DNA of 64,000 nt from Tubulanus polymorphus (lineage: Eukaryota; Animalia; Nemertea): the NCBI RefSeq assembly GCF_964204645.1, contig NC_134035.1:2976001-3040000 (forward strand), given 5' to 3'. A program made the translations under genes and the position numbers. The number at the start of each line of letters is the position of its first letter. Within the stretch, counting starts at the first letter, position 1. The notes beneath the pieces were generated by a model. It saw nothing but the letters and a program-made list of their open reading frames with translations. It was not told the DNA's origin and did no database searches. Positions 24,401 to 37,336 of the stretch are shown piece by piece.

Positions 24401-27400
24401 ACAAATACTATATCAATTGATAAGTAAGTGAATTTTAGCTAAAAAAATTAAATATGTTACCTAAAAATAAGGAAATATCATACAAAATTCAGAACGTATT
24501 CATAGTATCATATTTAATCAGAATAAGACGACACACTGGTCGGTACTGTACGTAATAAGGACATTTAAATTCCGGCGGTAAATATGCGCTATTTTAGTTC
24601 GCAGAAATTCCGCTATCGTTATTCATAGGGGCAGCACTGTACGGTAAATATCTAACTCAGCCTCGCTATCATACTGTGGCATGCGAGCAATACAGATATT
24701 TTTCTTAGCCGAATTTCGTTGATTATCTAATACGATTCCATTGTATATGAATAATTCGACTATCGTTTAAGGTTTTTAGAAGGGGATTCTCTTTCTAAAA
24801 CGAATTTCAAACCGTTTGTGATAGAACTCTTTTGTCTGCGGAATGTATTAGCATCCGGTAAAGCGGTAGGCTCACATGCCAAAGGAAGAACTTCAAGCAA
24901 ATTTAATTTTATTCTCTAAAATAGTGCATTCAACTACCACTAACACTGTAACCAGAAATAATGCTCGGAAACTAATAAAGAAGAGTAAATTTGAAGTCAA
25001 GTTCTCCCAATATTTGTTCGTTTGTTTGTTTATCCTCCCGGTGAGTTCTAACACTGCCAACACATATTTATCCAGTTCATCTGATCCTGATCATCAAACT
25101 CAAAAAGTCAATAATTCCCGGCATCCTAATGATGAGAAACATCCTAAAAGATATAAATGAAACTTAATAGATTTGAGGCCACCAAACAGTTATACACAGT
25201 GTAAGAGTTAAGTCTAGTTACCGGTATATCAGAGAAATGGCAATCTAAGGTAGGCTACTCCCCAAAATGAGTGTCAGGGGTCAAATATTTTTTGTCTCCG
25301 ATTTTGATGAAATTCCGGTTAGACATGTATTCTGGGGTGCTGATTACAAATCTGAAAGAATTTTTCGGATCTGAGGCCCAGAAAATGAGAAATTCGAATT
25401 ATTGGGGGACCCCCCTATATTTTCAAAAGGCCTTGGACCCCAGAGTTTTTGAGATATTCAAAATCTGATTGCAGATTTGGAATCAGCACCCCTGAAAATA
25501 AAAAGGACTAAAATTTCAAGCAAATCGAAGAGATTCGGTTTTTTGGCCAAAAATGGCAAAAATCTAAGGTGTTAGTCCAGGAGTTTTTTTTCGGCGAAAA
25601 CTTTTTTTTCTCTGATTCCTTCGAAATTTGGTAGGAATATGTATTCTGAGGTGTAGATTCCGGATCCGCAATCAGATTTTGAATCGGAATTCATCTTCAT
25701 GGGCAAATAAGGGTTTTAATGCCCAAAAATGCACCCAAAAAATGGGGTACAAAGTCAAAATATTTTTTTGGCCCAATTTTAATAAAATTTAGTGCAGACA
25801 TGTTTTTTGGGGTGCTGATTACAAATATGAGGTTAGATTCAGGATCCGAGGCACCTAAAATGAGATATTCAGGATTTCGTGTTTTGACCCCCTTAATTTC
25901 ATCACAAATTTTGATGAAATTTGCCTGGGAAATTCGGCCCAAAAACGAATTTTATTCAATTATGTCAAATATTCAATTGATTTTTAAGGTAGAAATTGAT
26001 GCTCTTACTAAAACCCTGTATTATAATCCCTGCAACACAATTACAGGCTGCTTCAAATAACCACATTGACAATTCTTATGAAATGCAGAAAACAGTGTTT
26101 ACAGATAAACTGCTTTCTCATAATTGATTTGGAAACTTATAAGAAATTCTACTCACACACTCACTAGCCCTTGTCTAGCAGTAATGGTAGTCACCGAGTT
26201 CCACAAATCCACATACAACTCCTGGAGTCCACCACTGACTGTTTTTTTATCCACTTATAGTCCGGTTAGTTGACTAAATAGTCCAGTTAGTTCACATATA
26301 GTCCAGTTAGTTTACTAATAGCTAGTTTCACTAGTAGTCTGGAAGAAGTTGACTGAAGAAGTAAAACTGTGATAAATTTCAGTTGATGTCCACCACGTCC
26401 AGCATTCGTGATGAAGTTTACACCACAGCCCAACAGAGGAAAACCTGAAAAATAAAATTGAAATCACATTAACAGGGAGACTGACTGCGAGAAGTTGGGG
26501 GAGGATGGGGTGAGAGGTTGGGGACAATGGGATGATGAGGTTGGGTGAGGTTGAGGGAGGATGGGGTGAGAGGTTGAGGGAGGATGGGGTGAGAGGTTGA
26601 GGGAGGATGGGTGAAAAGGGGAGCAAAACAGTACAATTACTCTAACATAGTAGCCTTAAGGCTTCAGCAAAGGTTTTCAGCAGTTTTCAGTCCCCTGGTC
26701 ACACTGGTTTAACAGATTCTCGTTTTTCACAAGAGCCCAGCCTGTGGCCGGGAGAAAGCCATTGTAACTAACTGGTCGAGTCAGGGCCTGGCCGGCCTCA
26801 CTAGTGTGTCGTGACGTGTTTGCGAAGTCAATTGGAGTGAGGTCTCCCTGTGCGCCCCGGGCCCTGAGGACATAAAATATGATGAATTCTTATCATTTTA
26901 CCCAATTCAAAAGTCGTACATTTAAAATCATCGTGGCTTTAAAGTCTTTATCAATTGAGAGAATAGTTCACTGTAAATAAAGAATTAGCGATTGAATTGA
27001 GCCCGCTCCACAGTAAAAATAGTGCGATCTAATCTTGACCGTCTAGTGCTGCCCCTATGTATAACGATAGCGTGGAAAACGCGAACTAACATAATACTCG
27101 CTTGCCAGAGTCTTCGAACGGCCGTAGTGGACGAACTAATTACCGATTTGCGGGCCGGATTCCGAGGAAATTTCTCAAACTCTGAAAACTGCTCTGAAAT
27201 GTCTGGCCAAACAATTTTTCTATAAAAGAATAAGCCTTGAAAGAGTAAATTTGAATCGGGGTATTTCTAGTATGGTCTGGGAGAGAGCTACAGGTGTTTG
27301 TATGTTCCCTGTTTATTTCTGCGTAATTAGAATATATCGAAGAAAGAATATTGACATTTTGGACATATGGACATTTTGTCAATTTTATCATTCAAAAATG

Positions 27401-30400
27401 TAAACGAATAAGTTATTCTGTATATAAATACCACATTAATTGATAGGTAAGTGAATTTCAGCTAAAAAGAATTAAATATGTTACCTAAAAAATTAGGAAA
27501 TATCATACAAAATTCAGAACGTTTTCATAGTATCATATTCAATCAGAATTAGGCGCCACACTGGTCCGTATTGTACGTAATAAGGAAATTTAAATTCCGG
27601 CGGTAAATATGCGCTACTATTTTAGTTCACAGAAATTCCGCTACCGTAATTCATAGGGGCAGCACTGTACGGTAGATATCTAACTCGGCCTTGCTATCTT
27701 ACTGTGGAATGCGAGTAATAAAGATATTTTTCTTAGCCGAATTTCGTTCAATGTTTAATACGATTCCATTGTATATGAATAATTCTACTATCGTTTAAGG
27801 TTTTTTGAAGGGGATCATCCTTTTAAAACGAATTTCAAACCATTTTTGATAGAACTCTTTTGTCAGCGGAATGTATTAGCATCCGGTAAAGCGATAGGCT
27901 CACATGCCATAGGAAGAATTCTGAGCAAATAAAATTTTATTCTCTAAAATAGTGCATTCAACTACCACTAACACTGTAACCAGAAAAAATGCCCTGAAAC
28001 TATTAAAGGAACAACTTTCTATGAAAGAATTAGGCTTAAGAGTAAATTTGAATCAGGGATATTCCTAGTTTCGTCTGGGAGAGAACGACAGGTTCTAGAA
28101 GCCACGCAGTTTTTTTTCAGTTGCCCTGTTTTTAGTTCAAAAGCAAATCGGTAGTGTCACATATTTAGTCCTCGTAAAGTTCACTATAACTGAAGTCAAG
28201 TTCTCCCAATATGTGTTCGATTGTTTGTTTATCCTCTCGGTGAGTTCTAACGCTTGCCAACATCCAGTTCGATGTAGTCCTGATCAACAAACAAAAATGT
28301 CAATAAATACCGGTACTATAGTTCCTAATGATGACAAACATCCTAAAAACAGACATGACAGTCATTTTGGCCAAATTTTCATCTTCAGGAAATATGTGGT
28401 AATGTATTCTGATGGTGAAGAGTAAGAAGTGAATGGTGATAGCCCTCAGTCGGCTGAGAAATACTGTTACGCCAAACAGGAAAAAGGCTCGTGGCTCCAG
28501 TTAGTCGAGCGCGACGAGATATATTGTTTCAAATATATGCACCTCCAACGCCTTGCGCCTCCAACCTGAAAAATATGATGTAGTAATAGATGAAAACATT
28601 CGGTCATGGTCATGAATTTGCAAGTCTTACTTGCAAATTCATGAATTCAGTCGATTCTAAAAATTTGCTTACGAAACGACTGTAGGAGAGTCTACAGTTA
28701 TTGGGCAAGCGAAGCAGACACTTGCTCGAAATATGAAAAGTTCTCCCTTTAAAACTCCTTATATTCCGGTATGACCGGTCTGTAGGAACTGCCCGAATAA
28801 AATCAAAATCTTAAATGCAAAACTCTATGCAATTCAACAAACAAAATACAAGAAATGAACATAATATAATTTATTTTCACAAATTAAAATTGATGAATAC
28901 ATATTCTCATAATTGTTTTGGAAACTTATAAGAAATTCTACTCACACACTCACTAGCCCTTGTCTAGCAGTAATGGTAGTTCACCGAGTTCCACAAATCC
29001 ACATATAGAGTTCCACACTGTATTTTTATGAGTATCACTCCACTTATAGTCCGGTTAGTTGACTAAATAGTCCAGTTAGTTCACATATAGTCTGGTTAGT
29101 TCACTAGTAGTCCAGTTAGTTCACTAACAGTCCGGTTAGTTCACTAGTAGTCCAGTTAGTTCACTAGTAGTCCAGAAGAAGTTGACTGAAGAAGTAAAAC
29201 TGTGATAAATTTCAGTTGAAGTCCACCACATCCAGTATTTGTGATGAAGTTTACACGACAGCCTGAAGAAAACCTGAAATATAAAATTGAAATCACATTA
29301 ACAGCGAGACTGACTGAGAGGTTGGGGAGGATGGGGTGAGAGATTGAGGGACAATGGGGTGAGAGGTTGAGGGAGGATGGGATGAGAGGTTGGGATGAGA
29401 GGTTGGGGGAGGATGGGTGAAAAGGAAGCAAAACAGCACAATAACTCTGACATAGTAAAGGCTTAAGCAAAAGTTTTCAGCAGTTTTCAGTACGGCACTG
29501 GATTAACAGATTCTCGTTTTACACAAGAGCCCAGCCTGTGGCAGTGGGAGAAAGCTGGTATAACTAACTGGTCGAGTCAGCTGGTCTTAACCTGCAGACC
29601 AAGATGTGGTGACGGAGGAAGTTGAAGAACAGTTCATCAAAATTTGTGAAACTATCGCCTGCACCATGTGCATTGCAAGTGGCTAGGGTAGTGCGGCCCG
29701 TGTAGGCTAGAAAGTGGTTTTTGACACCGAGTGAGGTCCCTGTTGTTAGTCTAGTCGTTCCCCAAACAACCCGAACTCGTAGTAACAACGACTGACTGAT
29801 TTAGACTAAATTTGGGTAGGTCCCGGCCTCACTGGACTGGACTGCCGTGGTGAAGTGTCTGCGAAGTCACTGGAGACGGAGTGAGCACCCATTAAAAGTG
29901 TGTGTACCTGAGGACATGAAAATGAAATATCATGAATGAATTCTTATCTTTTTTACTAATATCAAAATTCGTACATTTAAAATCATCGTGGCTTTAAAGT
30001 CTTATCAATTGAGGGAATAGTTCACTGTAAATAAAGAATTAGCGATTGAATTGAGCTCGCTCCACAGTAAAAATAGCGCGATCAATTCAATCTCGACCGT
30101 CTAGTGCTGCCCCTATGTATAACGATAGCGTGGAAAACGTGAACTAACATAATATACTCGCTTGCCAGAGTCTTCGAACGGCCGTAGTGGACGAACTAAT
30201 TACCGATTTGCTGGCCGGATTCCGAGAAAAATTCTCAAACTCTGAAAAATGCTCTGAAACATTTGAAGCAAACAATTTTTCTATAAAAGAATAAGACTTG
30301 AAAGAGAAATTTGAATCGGGGTATTTCTAGTATGGTCTGGCAGAGAGCGACAGGTGTTTGTATGTTCCCTGATTATTTGCGCGCATTTAGAATATATCGA

Positions 30401-31005
30401 AGAAAAAATATGGACATTTTGTCGATTCAGATGATAAATTATCATTCAAAAATGTAAATGAATAAGTTATTCTGTATATAAATGTTATATTAATTGATAA
30501 GTAAGTGAATTTTAGCTGAAAGGAATTAAATATGTTACCTAAGAAATAAGGCAATATCATACAAAATTCAGAACGTATCCATAGTATCATAGTCAATCAG
30601 AATTAGGCGTCACACTGGTCCGTATTGTACGTAATAAGGAAATTTAAATTCCGGCGGTAAATATGCGCCACTCTTTTAGTTCACAGAAATTCCGCTGTCG
30701 TAATTCATAGGGGCAGCACTGTCCGGTAGATGTCTAACACAGCCTCGCTACCATACTGTGGCATGCGAGTAATAAAGATATTTTTCTTAGCCGAATTTCG
30801 TTCAATGTTTAATACGATTCCATTGTATATGAATAATTCTACTATTGTTTAAGGTTTTTCGAAGGGGATCATCTTTTTAAAATGAATTTCAAACCATTTT
30901 TGATAGAACTCTTTTGTCAGCGGAATGTATTAGTATCCGGTAAAGCGATAGGCTCACATGCCAAAGGAAGAATTTCAAGCAAATTAAATTTTATTCTCTA
31001 AAATA
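21488..31005. repeat. Three diverged head-to-tail copies of a ~3.0-3.5 kb unit
   Basis: Shared blocks recur at ~21606/24992/28191 (gaagtcaagttctcccaat), ~22730/26130/28920 and ~24090/27110/30170. Copy 3 lacks the ~21780-22715 block. Confidence 0.9.
23025..23385 (+). repeat. 23-bp G-rich minisatellite (GGGGTGAGAGGTTGRGGGAGGAT)n
   Basis: About 15 copies here; shorter arrays at ~26495-26612 and ~29316-29420. Confidence 0.9.
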
Positions 31006-32625
31006 GATTCAGTTGAACAGAGCAGTCGTGCAAACGTGACGATTAATCTCGAATGCTCTTCGGTCTAAATGGCCTAAGAGTTAAGAGTCGTACGTAGTAG
31101 AGACAGAGTAACCAAAATGCTGCAAATTTATGTAACAAAATGTAATAAAACAAATAATTCCCCAATTTTATTAACATTTTAATTAAGGATTATATTCTAG
31201 ACTCCAATTTTCGTTTTGTTACTTAGTAGGTTTCGTTATTCAACTTATTCCTGTTTAAAAGGAACACGTGTTTTATGTATACCGGCAGTTGTTGCGTTTA
31301 CATGTTGAGATCACGTGATAGCATTTCACATGTAGTAACAAAATGGCGGACCTGGTGTGAAAAAGAAATTCGCGTCTGCGTTTAGTGTCATGTTATTCAT
31401 ATAAAGTCCACTTACCGAGATTAGTGCATCGCAGCGCCTTCAGTGGAGACCTTCCAAGCGAGGCTCCGATGTTGCTTGCCTTGTACATTAATCCTCTCTC
31501 ATCCGCCGACCACACACTGGTCAGACTGGTCGGGACTATCTTGTTCCTGGCTGATGGTCGTGTCCGCCGGGTCAGAATCCTAGTTCCTCAGTAAGGGCCA
31601 AATTCAGTTCTCGTATCTAGTCGACTAGTGGTCGGAACTAATAACCGAATGCGCTTTATTTCCGAACTATTTCCAGACTATGGTTCCGACTAACTGACAT
31701 TATTCGGTTTCACTTAGTTCGACTATAGTCGCGACTAACTCCGATAACCAAAGTTCGCCCAGCGTACGCGGGTCACCAGTCAATTTCAGTCTCCTCGTGA
31801 TGGAATGAAAATGTTTCGGAATTTTCTGCAAATTTTTCATCCCGAAACAACTGATTCCAGACAGCCGTGTAGGCTAGCTGTGTTTGTTTCAATACTCTCA
31901 ATTTCGGCACAATTTTTCCTATTACTCGTCGTAATAGTTACCGATATGAAATTGATTTATTTTCCTCTAGAAAAATGAAGCTTTCGCAGAAAATTCCAAA
32001 ACAGGTTCATTCCACAAGTTCGAATTCTGAGTATTGTCCCACTGAAGTTCTCTTCGTCGAAGAAGGCTGAAAATCGAATCTTAGTCTTAGAAGTTTTCCT
32101 CAATGTCCAAGAGAAATGGGCCTGCTGCTTTCAGGGGTTCGAATCCAGCCCGAGTTGTCCTGTGTCCACTGACGAAGGCTGCGACAGTGGGTCCGAATCA
32201 GGAATTAAAACACGATGTTCCCTTATTCCGTAGAGGAGCCTGGGGTATAAACCGGGTTTAGAATAATTATTATAACGAGACAAGTATAAGTATACAATAT
32301 AGGTTTATTTGACGCACAAGCTTTCGCTACTAATCAGTATTTATAGGCAGACTGACACTAATTAGAAAGAACCGAGTTAGAAGAGTAATTACTACAAATA
32401 CATAATGCAACACATATTACAATACATAGTACAAAACATGGTACAATACATATCATATTACAATATATGGTACAATACATAATATAATACATGGTACAAT
32501 ACATAATACAATACATATATTACAATACATAACTGAGTGAGTTGATATATGATTAATTACAGAACACCAAAATAAGTGATGTATCTGGGATGCGCAAAAA
32601 GACAAAATTGCGCGAAATTACTTAA

Positions 32626-32825
32626 AAATAAAATGGCGCGAGATGAAAAATAAAATGGCGCGAGATGAGACTTCAAAATAAAATGGCGCGAGATGACTTC
32701 AAAATAAACTGGCGCGAGATGAGACTTCGAAATAAAATGGCGCGAGATGAGACTTTAAAATAAAATGGTGCGAGATGAGACTTCGAAAAAATGGCGCGAG
32801 ATTACTTCAAAATAAAATGGCGCGT
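32626..32825 (+). repeat. ~28-bp tandem repeat AAAATAAAATGGCGCGAGATGAGACTTC
   Basis: About 8 copies. Confidence 0.9.
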
Positions 32826-34672
32826 GAAAAATTTAATTCTATCATTTTAATGTGTAATATTGTATTAGTGTATATTTGTCTATTGTTTTATATTTGTATC
32901 GCACTGTTTTCTGTACGTATTTTTGGGGGGGTTAATAGTCCAACCCCCTAGCTCTTCATGTCTTAACGTTTATGTAGTTTCTATTATGTAGAAAAAAGTT
33001 GTCAAGTCCAAATCGTCAATTCCTCATCCTACCATAGTCACGCTTAACTCACAAAATCGTGGAAGCTTCGTTTTAAGGGGAGGGGTGACGGTGGGGGGCG
33101 TTGGAAATATATTCAAAATACCTAAGAATTAACGGTTGAAATTATGTTTTAATCGGGGGGTCAAATAACTAGTTAGAACTAACATCAATTCTATCAATTC
33201 TATTTATCTACAAGAACTATTAGACATGTCATACAAGTCGCACCTGAATTTTTTCAAGCCACTCTGTCATCATCATTCAATTTCGGGTTCGATCTTCTGT
33301 GGCCCGGGGGGTCTTTTTCTTCTCACTGAAATCATGGACGTATCAACTGAAGTTGATAAGTCCACGCTGAAATACGTCCTACCTTATTCAATTCGAACCG
33401 CTCTTTCATCAGTAGGCGAGTCTGTTAGTATCTTCCATGAAGCTGTAACACTGGGTACCGGTACCTGTTAATTAAACCTAACCTAACCCTAACCTAAAGT
33501 GCAACTATTTTTTCCTAAAACTAAACCTATAAAACATAATTTCGACCGCTAATGTTAAATAAATGTTCCACCTACCTTACAGCAACCGTGTAACGTGGAT
33601 GAAGCAGCAATTTGAAAATGTAATCCTTTTATTTAAGAGTCAATCTTAAAGTCATCTTTAAATTCCGTGTCCTGCTGCCAAAATCCAGTTTTATTAATAA
33701 TAAATAGTTTATCAGCTCAGCTGCGTTTGTTATAATCTAATGAAAATTCTCTTTTTCTAAAATGTGTCTTATCGAGCAATAACCAGCGACAGAGACTTCT
33801 TCGCCGTGTAGAATTTCCAAGTGTAATGACAATGTGTAGGAGCGCCCACCAGTTTTTAACTGACCCCTTAAAATTCGTAGCCGGTGATTGGTTGCATCAC
33901 CAATAACAAAAGCTTCGGGGAATGATTTCAAAAGGTATTGCAGGTAGGTCACTGGCCATTCTTACATTGCGGTCAATGGCATCTTTTCTTTTGAAGTTTG
34001 AAATTGCTTGGAAGTTTGAAAACGCTGAGGTTATAGGCGCTGATCGGCTATTATCCGGCCGGTTGCGTTGGTCTAGGCGTCGACATGAAGCCAGCCTTAG
34101 ACGTCGCTTCGCGGAAGGAAGTTTAGAAAGTGTAAGGAAAAAAATGCATTGAGTGTCAGAATATAATACTTTCACCCTGATGCAAGCCTCATGGCTAGAC
34201 AGTACAGCACAGAAGTAACTAAACATTGTATCATTGTATTGTTCAGTCACATGAACAAATAAATAGGTGTTATACCATCAGCGAACCATCACTTAACCAT
34301 CAGGTGAACCCCTGCCATAACCGCAAACCATGATTCATGATGATTTGAAAATAATTCTAAATGGTAGGCATGGAAACTTGTTAAAATTGATCTAGTTCAT
34401 AAAATGCAGTCTATTTTCTCTGATTCAAATCAGTTCAAGAAGACTTTTTTGGCAATGCTTCAATTAACAGCGTAAAATGGATGCAAAAACGATGGTTTAT
34501 TCAGACCGCGCGGTATCACTGGTCGTATTTAAACCGGTCGTATTTAATTTAAATTTGATGCGGTATGTGTTTAAAACAATGAGCGACATATGGTATATGG
34601 AGTATATTACTTCATGTGCCTTGCCAAACACTAATTACTTACTCACCAAATCACTCAATTAACCTGTTCTTA

Positions 34673-34742
<70 letters not shown>

Positions 34743-34761
34743 TATAATTATATATATATAA
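34673..34761. repeat. (TA)n microsatellite
   Basis: Seen directly; lies just upstream of a hammerhead motif. Confidence 0.95.
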
Positions 34762-34786
34762 TTAATCCGTTTTTAGTCAATATCTC

Positions 34787-34828
34787 ACACCTGACGATGA
34801 TCTCTAGGGTGAGATCGAAACGTCGTGT
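34787..34828 (+). ncRNA. Minimal type I hammerhead ribozyme (PLE/retrozyme type)
   Basis: ACAC-CTGACGA-T-GATCTC(TAGGGT)GAGATC-GAAA-CG-TC^GTGT; stems I and II pair; AATAAA at 34853. Confidence 0.85.
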
Positions 34829-34911
34829 TCTTATGTTTTAGATTGTTTCATAAATAAATTCTCGATTTTAGAATTCTTTTAATTTGTAAATAAAGTTGGT
34901 TTTTTATCTTA

Positions 34912-35070
34912 TTAACCCTTTCAGTGCTGACTGATCAATACCCTATAGTGCTGGAGATAATTTGAAAATTTTGAAAAATTCCACCCAAGTGTGTTGAATA
35001 ACGGGAATAGCACTACCGTGCGTCTACACCACGGCGCGGTGTATCGTTAGTTACTGATATTTCACTATGT
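34912..35070 (+). mobile_element. piggyBac-like terminus (TTAA|CCCTTTCAGTGCTG...)
   Basis: Reverse homolog of 22-41 joined to 613-752. Confidence 0.6.
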
Positions 35071-35432
35071 GTCTGAAAATGGTTGACGCCGCACGAAAAT
35101 AAATAGGCTTTTGTTAAACAGAATTCTGTAAGGGGAACAATGATCTCGTTTTTCGATTTCAATTATTTCTAGGATGTACCGTCAATAAGACCCGGGGCTT
35201 GATGAGGCAGTGGCTGCGTTACTGTGGCAAGCGAGGATCAGCTAGTGGTTACTCCTCAATAACCGTGCTTCAATTTCGTCGACACTTCCCGATTGAACTG
35301 TAGCCGACTCATCGCTTTATCAATACGCGAAAGTTCACGATTGGTAGAACACTTTATCCGTGTTGACGCGATGAGGAGAGAATCCCACAATGATAATAAA
35401 AAGTCCGAAAATGAAACTTCGAGATAGTAGTT

Positions 35433-35477
35433 TATTTCAACGTTTCGACTATATCCTAATAGTCATCTTCAGGAATA
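35433..35477 (-). ncRNA. Minimal type I hammerhead ribozyme
   Basis: Minus strand TATTC-CTGAAGA-T-GACTAT(TAGGAT)ATAGTC-GAAA-CG-TT^GAAATAAA. Confidence 0.78.
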
Positions 35478-35869
35478 ATCAGGAATTATGTGTGAATTAT
35501 GTGAAAAATGATGTGATCAGTGGAAAGAGAGAGGAGAGAGTATAAATGCAAAAAGTTGTACTTACATCGCGTCAAAAAATTAAGTAGATACCGCGGATCC
35601 GCGGCGATATTCCGTAACCGAGCTGAAATAATGAAACAATTGATTACATATAAACAAAGAGATAAATCGTCGCGATCTGGGAAACAATATTCTAAAGGGT
35701 TAGAAAATAAAGCAAAAAAATGGACGATGGCTCGCTGAAAATGAAAGTATTATTAAAGAAAAGATATTATAAGTGATTCATAAAAACTGTTCGTGTGAGA
35801 GAAATTGACATTCGAAATCAAAACCGAGAGAAATATAAAAAAAACAGTTAATGTTGAGATGATGCTTAC

Positions 35870-36105
35870 CTCCCGTAACTCCCCCTCCCACAGCCGCCCG
35901 TCCACGCGACGGGACCACCTCTGCGCAGCAGGGTGCGGCTGCCAAAGGGTCCGCTGCCTAGGGCGCCTATCCGGGGAGGCAGCAGCTGGAACGGGGTCTG
36001 CCAGCTGGTCATCCAAGACAGGACCAAGGTTCAAGTGAAAGAGGTCTATGGCCTCTTTCACGTCCTTCGGACCATCCTCCACAGTCTCGATTAATATTGG
36101 TTCCA
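35870..36105 (-). other. Orphan GC-rich exon-like block upstream of the hammerhead
   Basis: ttttacag|TGGAACC...GAG|gtaagc; open frame EPILIETVEDGPKDVKEAIDLF...WEGELRE; no family recognised. Confidence 0.4.
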
Positions 36106-36522
36106 CTGTAAAATATAAAATAGAAAGAAATACATTAACAATCAGGAGAAACAATTAATATATCAAGGGCGGATTCAGTCCCCCGCCTTTAATATCTTGA
36201 GGTGCCCTCGAGATATTTTAGGAATTTCTTTTTCCATTTTATAAAGAAATATCAAGTATTCCCTCATGATGGCTATCGAATAGCCTCGGGCAACAAAATT
36301 TCAAAATTTTCTGGGGAGAAACACTTAAGACCCCTTTCATCCCTTCACGAGTGCTCATGTGCCCTTCAGATCGATATCTCAGCATTTTTTTAAACCGATT
36401 TTTTCTAAAACAATATTTTGCGTGTCAAACGTTTTTTCGACGTGTTCGCCTCGTCGATATTTTCTAATTTTCAACAATTTGAGTAAAAATTACTCTTTGC
36501 GAAAATTGCGGTCAATTTTCCA

Positions 36523-36812
36523 AGTGCAGATACTATAAGGTACAGGTGCAGATCCTTTTAGGTACAGGTGCAGATGCTCTCAGGTACAGGTGCAGATCCT
36601 TTTAGGGGCAGGTGCTGTTAGGTGCTTGGTACATATGTATTCAGGTACTAAGTATGCATATGACCAGTTGTACACATGGCTGGATGTACTCATGACTAGG
36701 TGTGCACATGGCTGGGTGTGCACATGGCTGGGTGTGCACATGGCTGGATGTACACATGACTAGGTGTACACATGACTAGGTATATACATGGCTAGGTATT
36801 CTTGTGACTAGT
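36523..36812. repeat. Adjacent 22-bp and 16-bp minisatellites
   Basis: (aggtacaggtgcagatcctttt)n followed by (tgtrcacatgrctrgg)n. Confidence 0.85.
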
Positions 36813-37147
36813 CAGACTCTGTATTCTGTTTTACTAGTTGCTATCATTGTTTCTATGGTTGGGCTACCTCTCGGAGTTACTAGTCATATCTCGATATGAA
36901 TCGTACGGTGCTGGGTTGATGGCCGCAGATCCGGGCCTTCCGGAGATAAACTCGCACAAAACATACATCCCATTCTTCCACAGCTGACAGTCGAATTACC
37001 AAAAAATTGTATCAAAAGATTGAATCGTGAGAGCATCTCAAAAACGACATTTCAATAAATTGTCGTTAAGCCCTTGGGTTGTTTATCCTATACCTGAAAT
37101 TTAAGGAGTTAGCAAATAAATGGGTCGCTGAGCTATAATTAATTGGA

Positions 37148-37336
37148 GAGGCGCAGTGGCCAAGTGGACTAAGCCGCCGGTCACTGGTCTCGTCAATCCA
37201 GGGTTTATAGGTTCAAACCCTTGTGACGACAGAGTTTCTTAGTCGAATGATTTTCTCTGGTCTCTTAAACAACGAATCCACTTATAATGCCATGTGTGGC
37301 GCTTAGCGTTTTGAGGCTCTTAAAAAGAGCTATAAT
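37148..37336 (+). mobile_element. tRNA-derived SINE with L2-like tail
   Basis: A box TGGCCAAGTGG, B box GGTTCAAACCC, tail gcgttttgag...aaaagagctataa. Confidence 0.6.

Noticed and set aside
32160-32205. CTGACGAAGG...CCGAATC hammerhead candidate
   Set aside because: Stem II and GAAA-NUH are not satisfied.
33474-33498. Telomeric CCTAA/CCCTAA repeat
   Set aside because: Only about 4 degenerate units; a common TE-internal motif.
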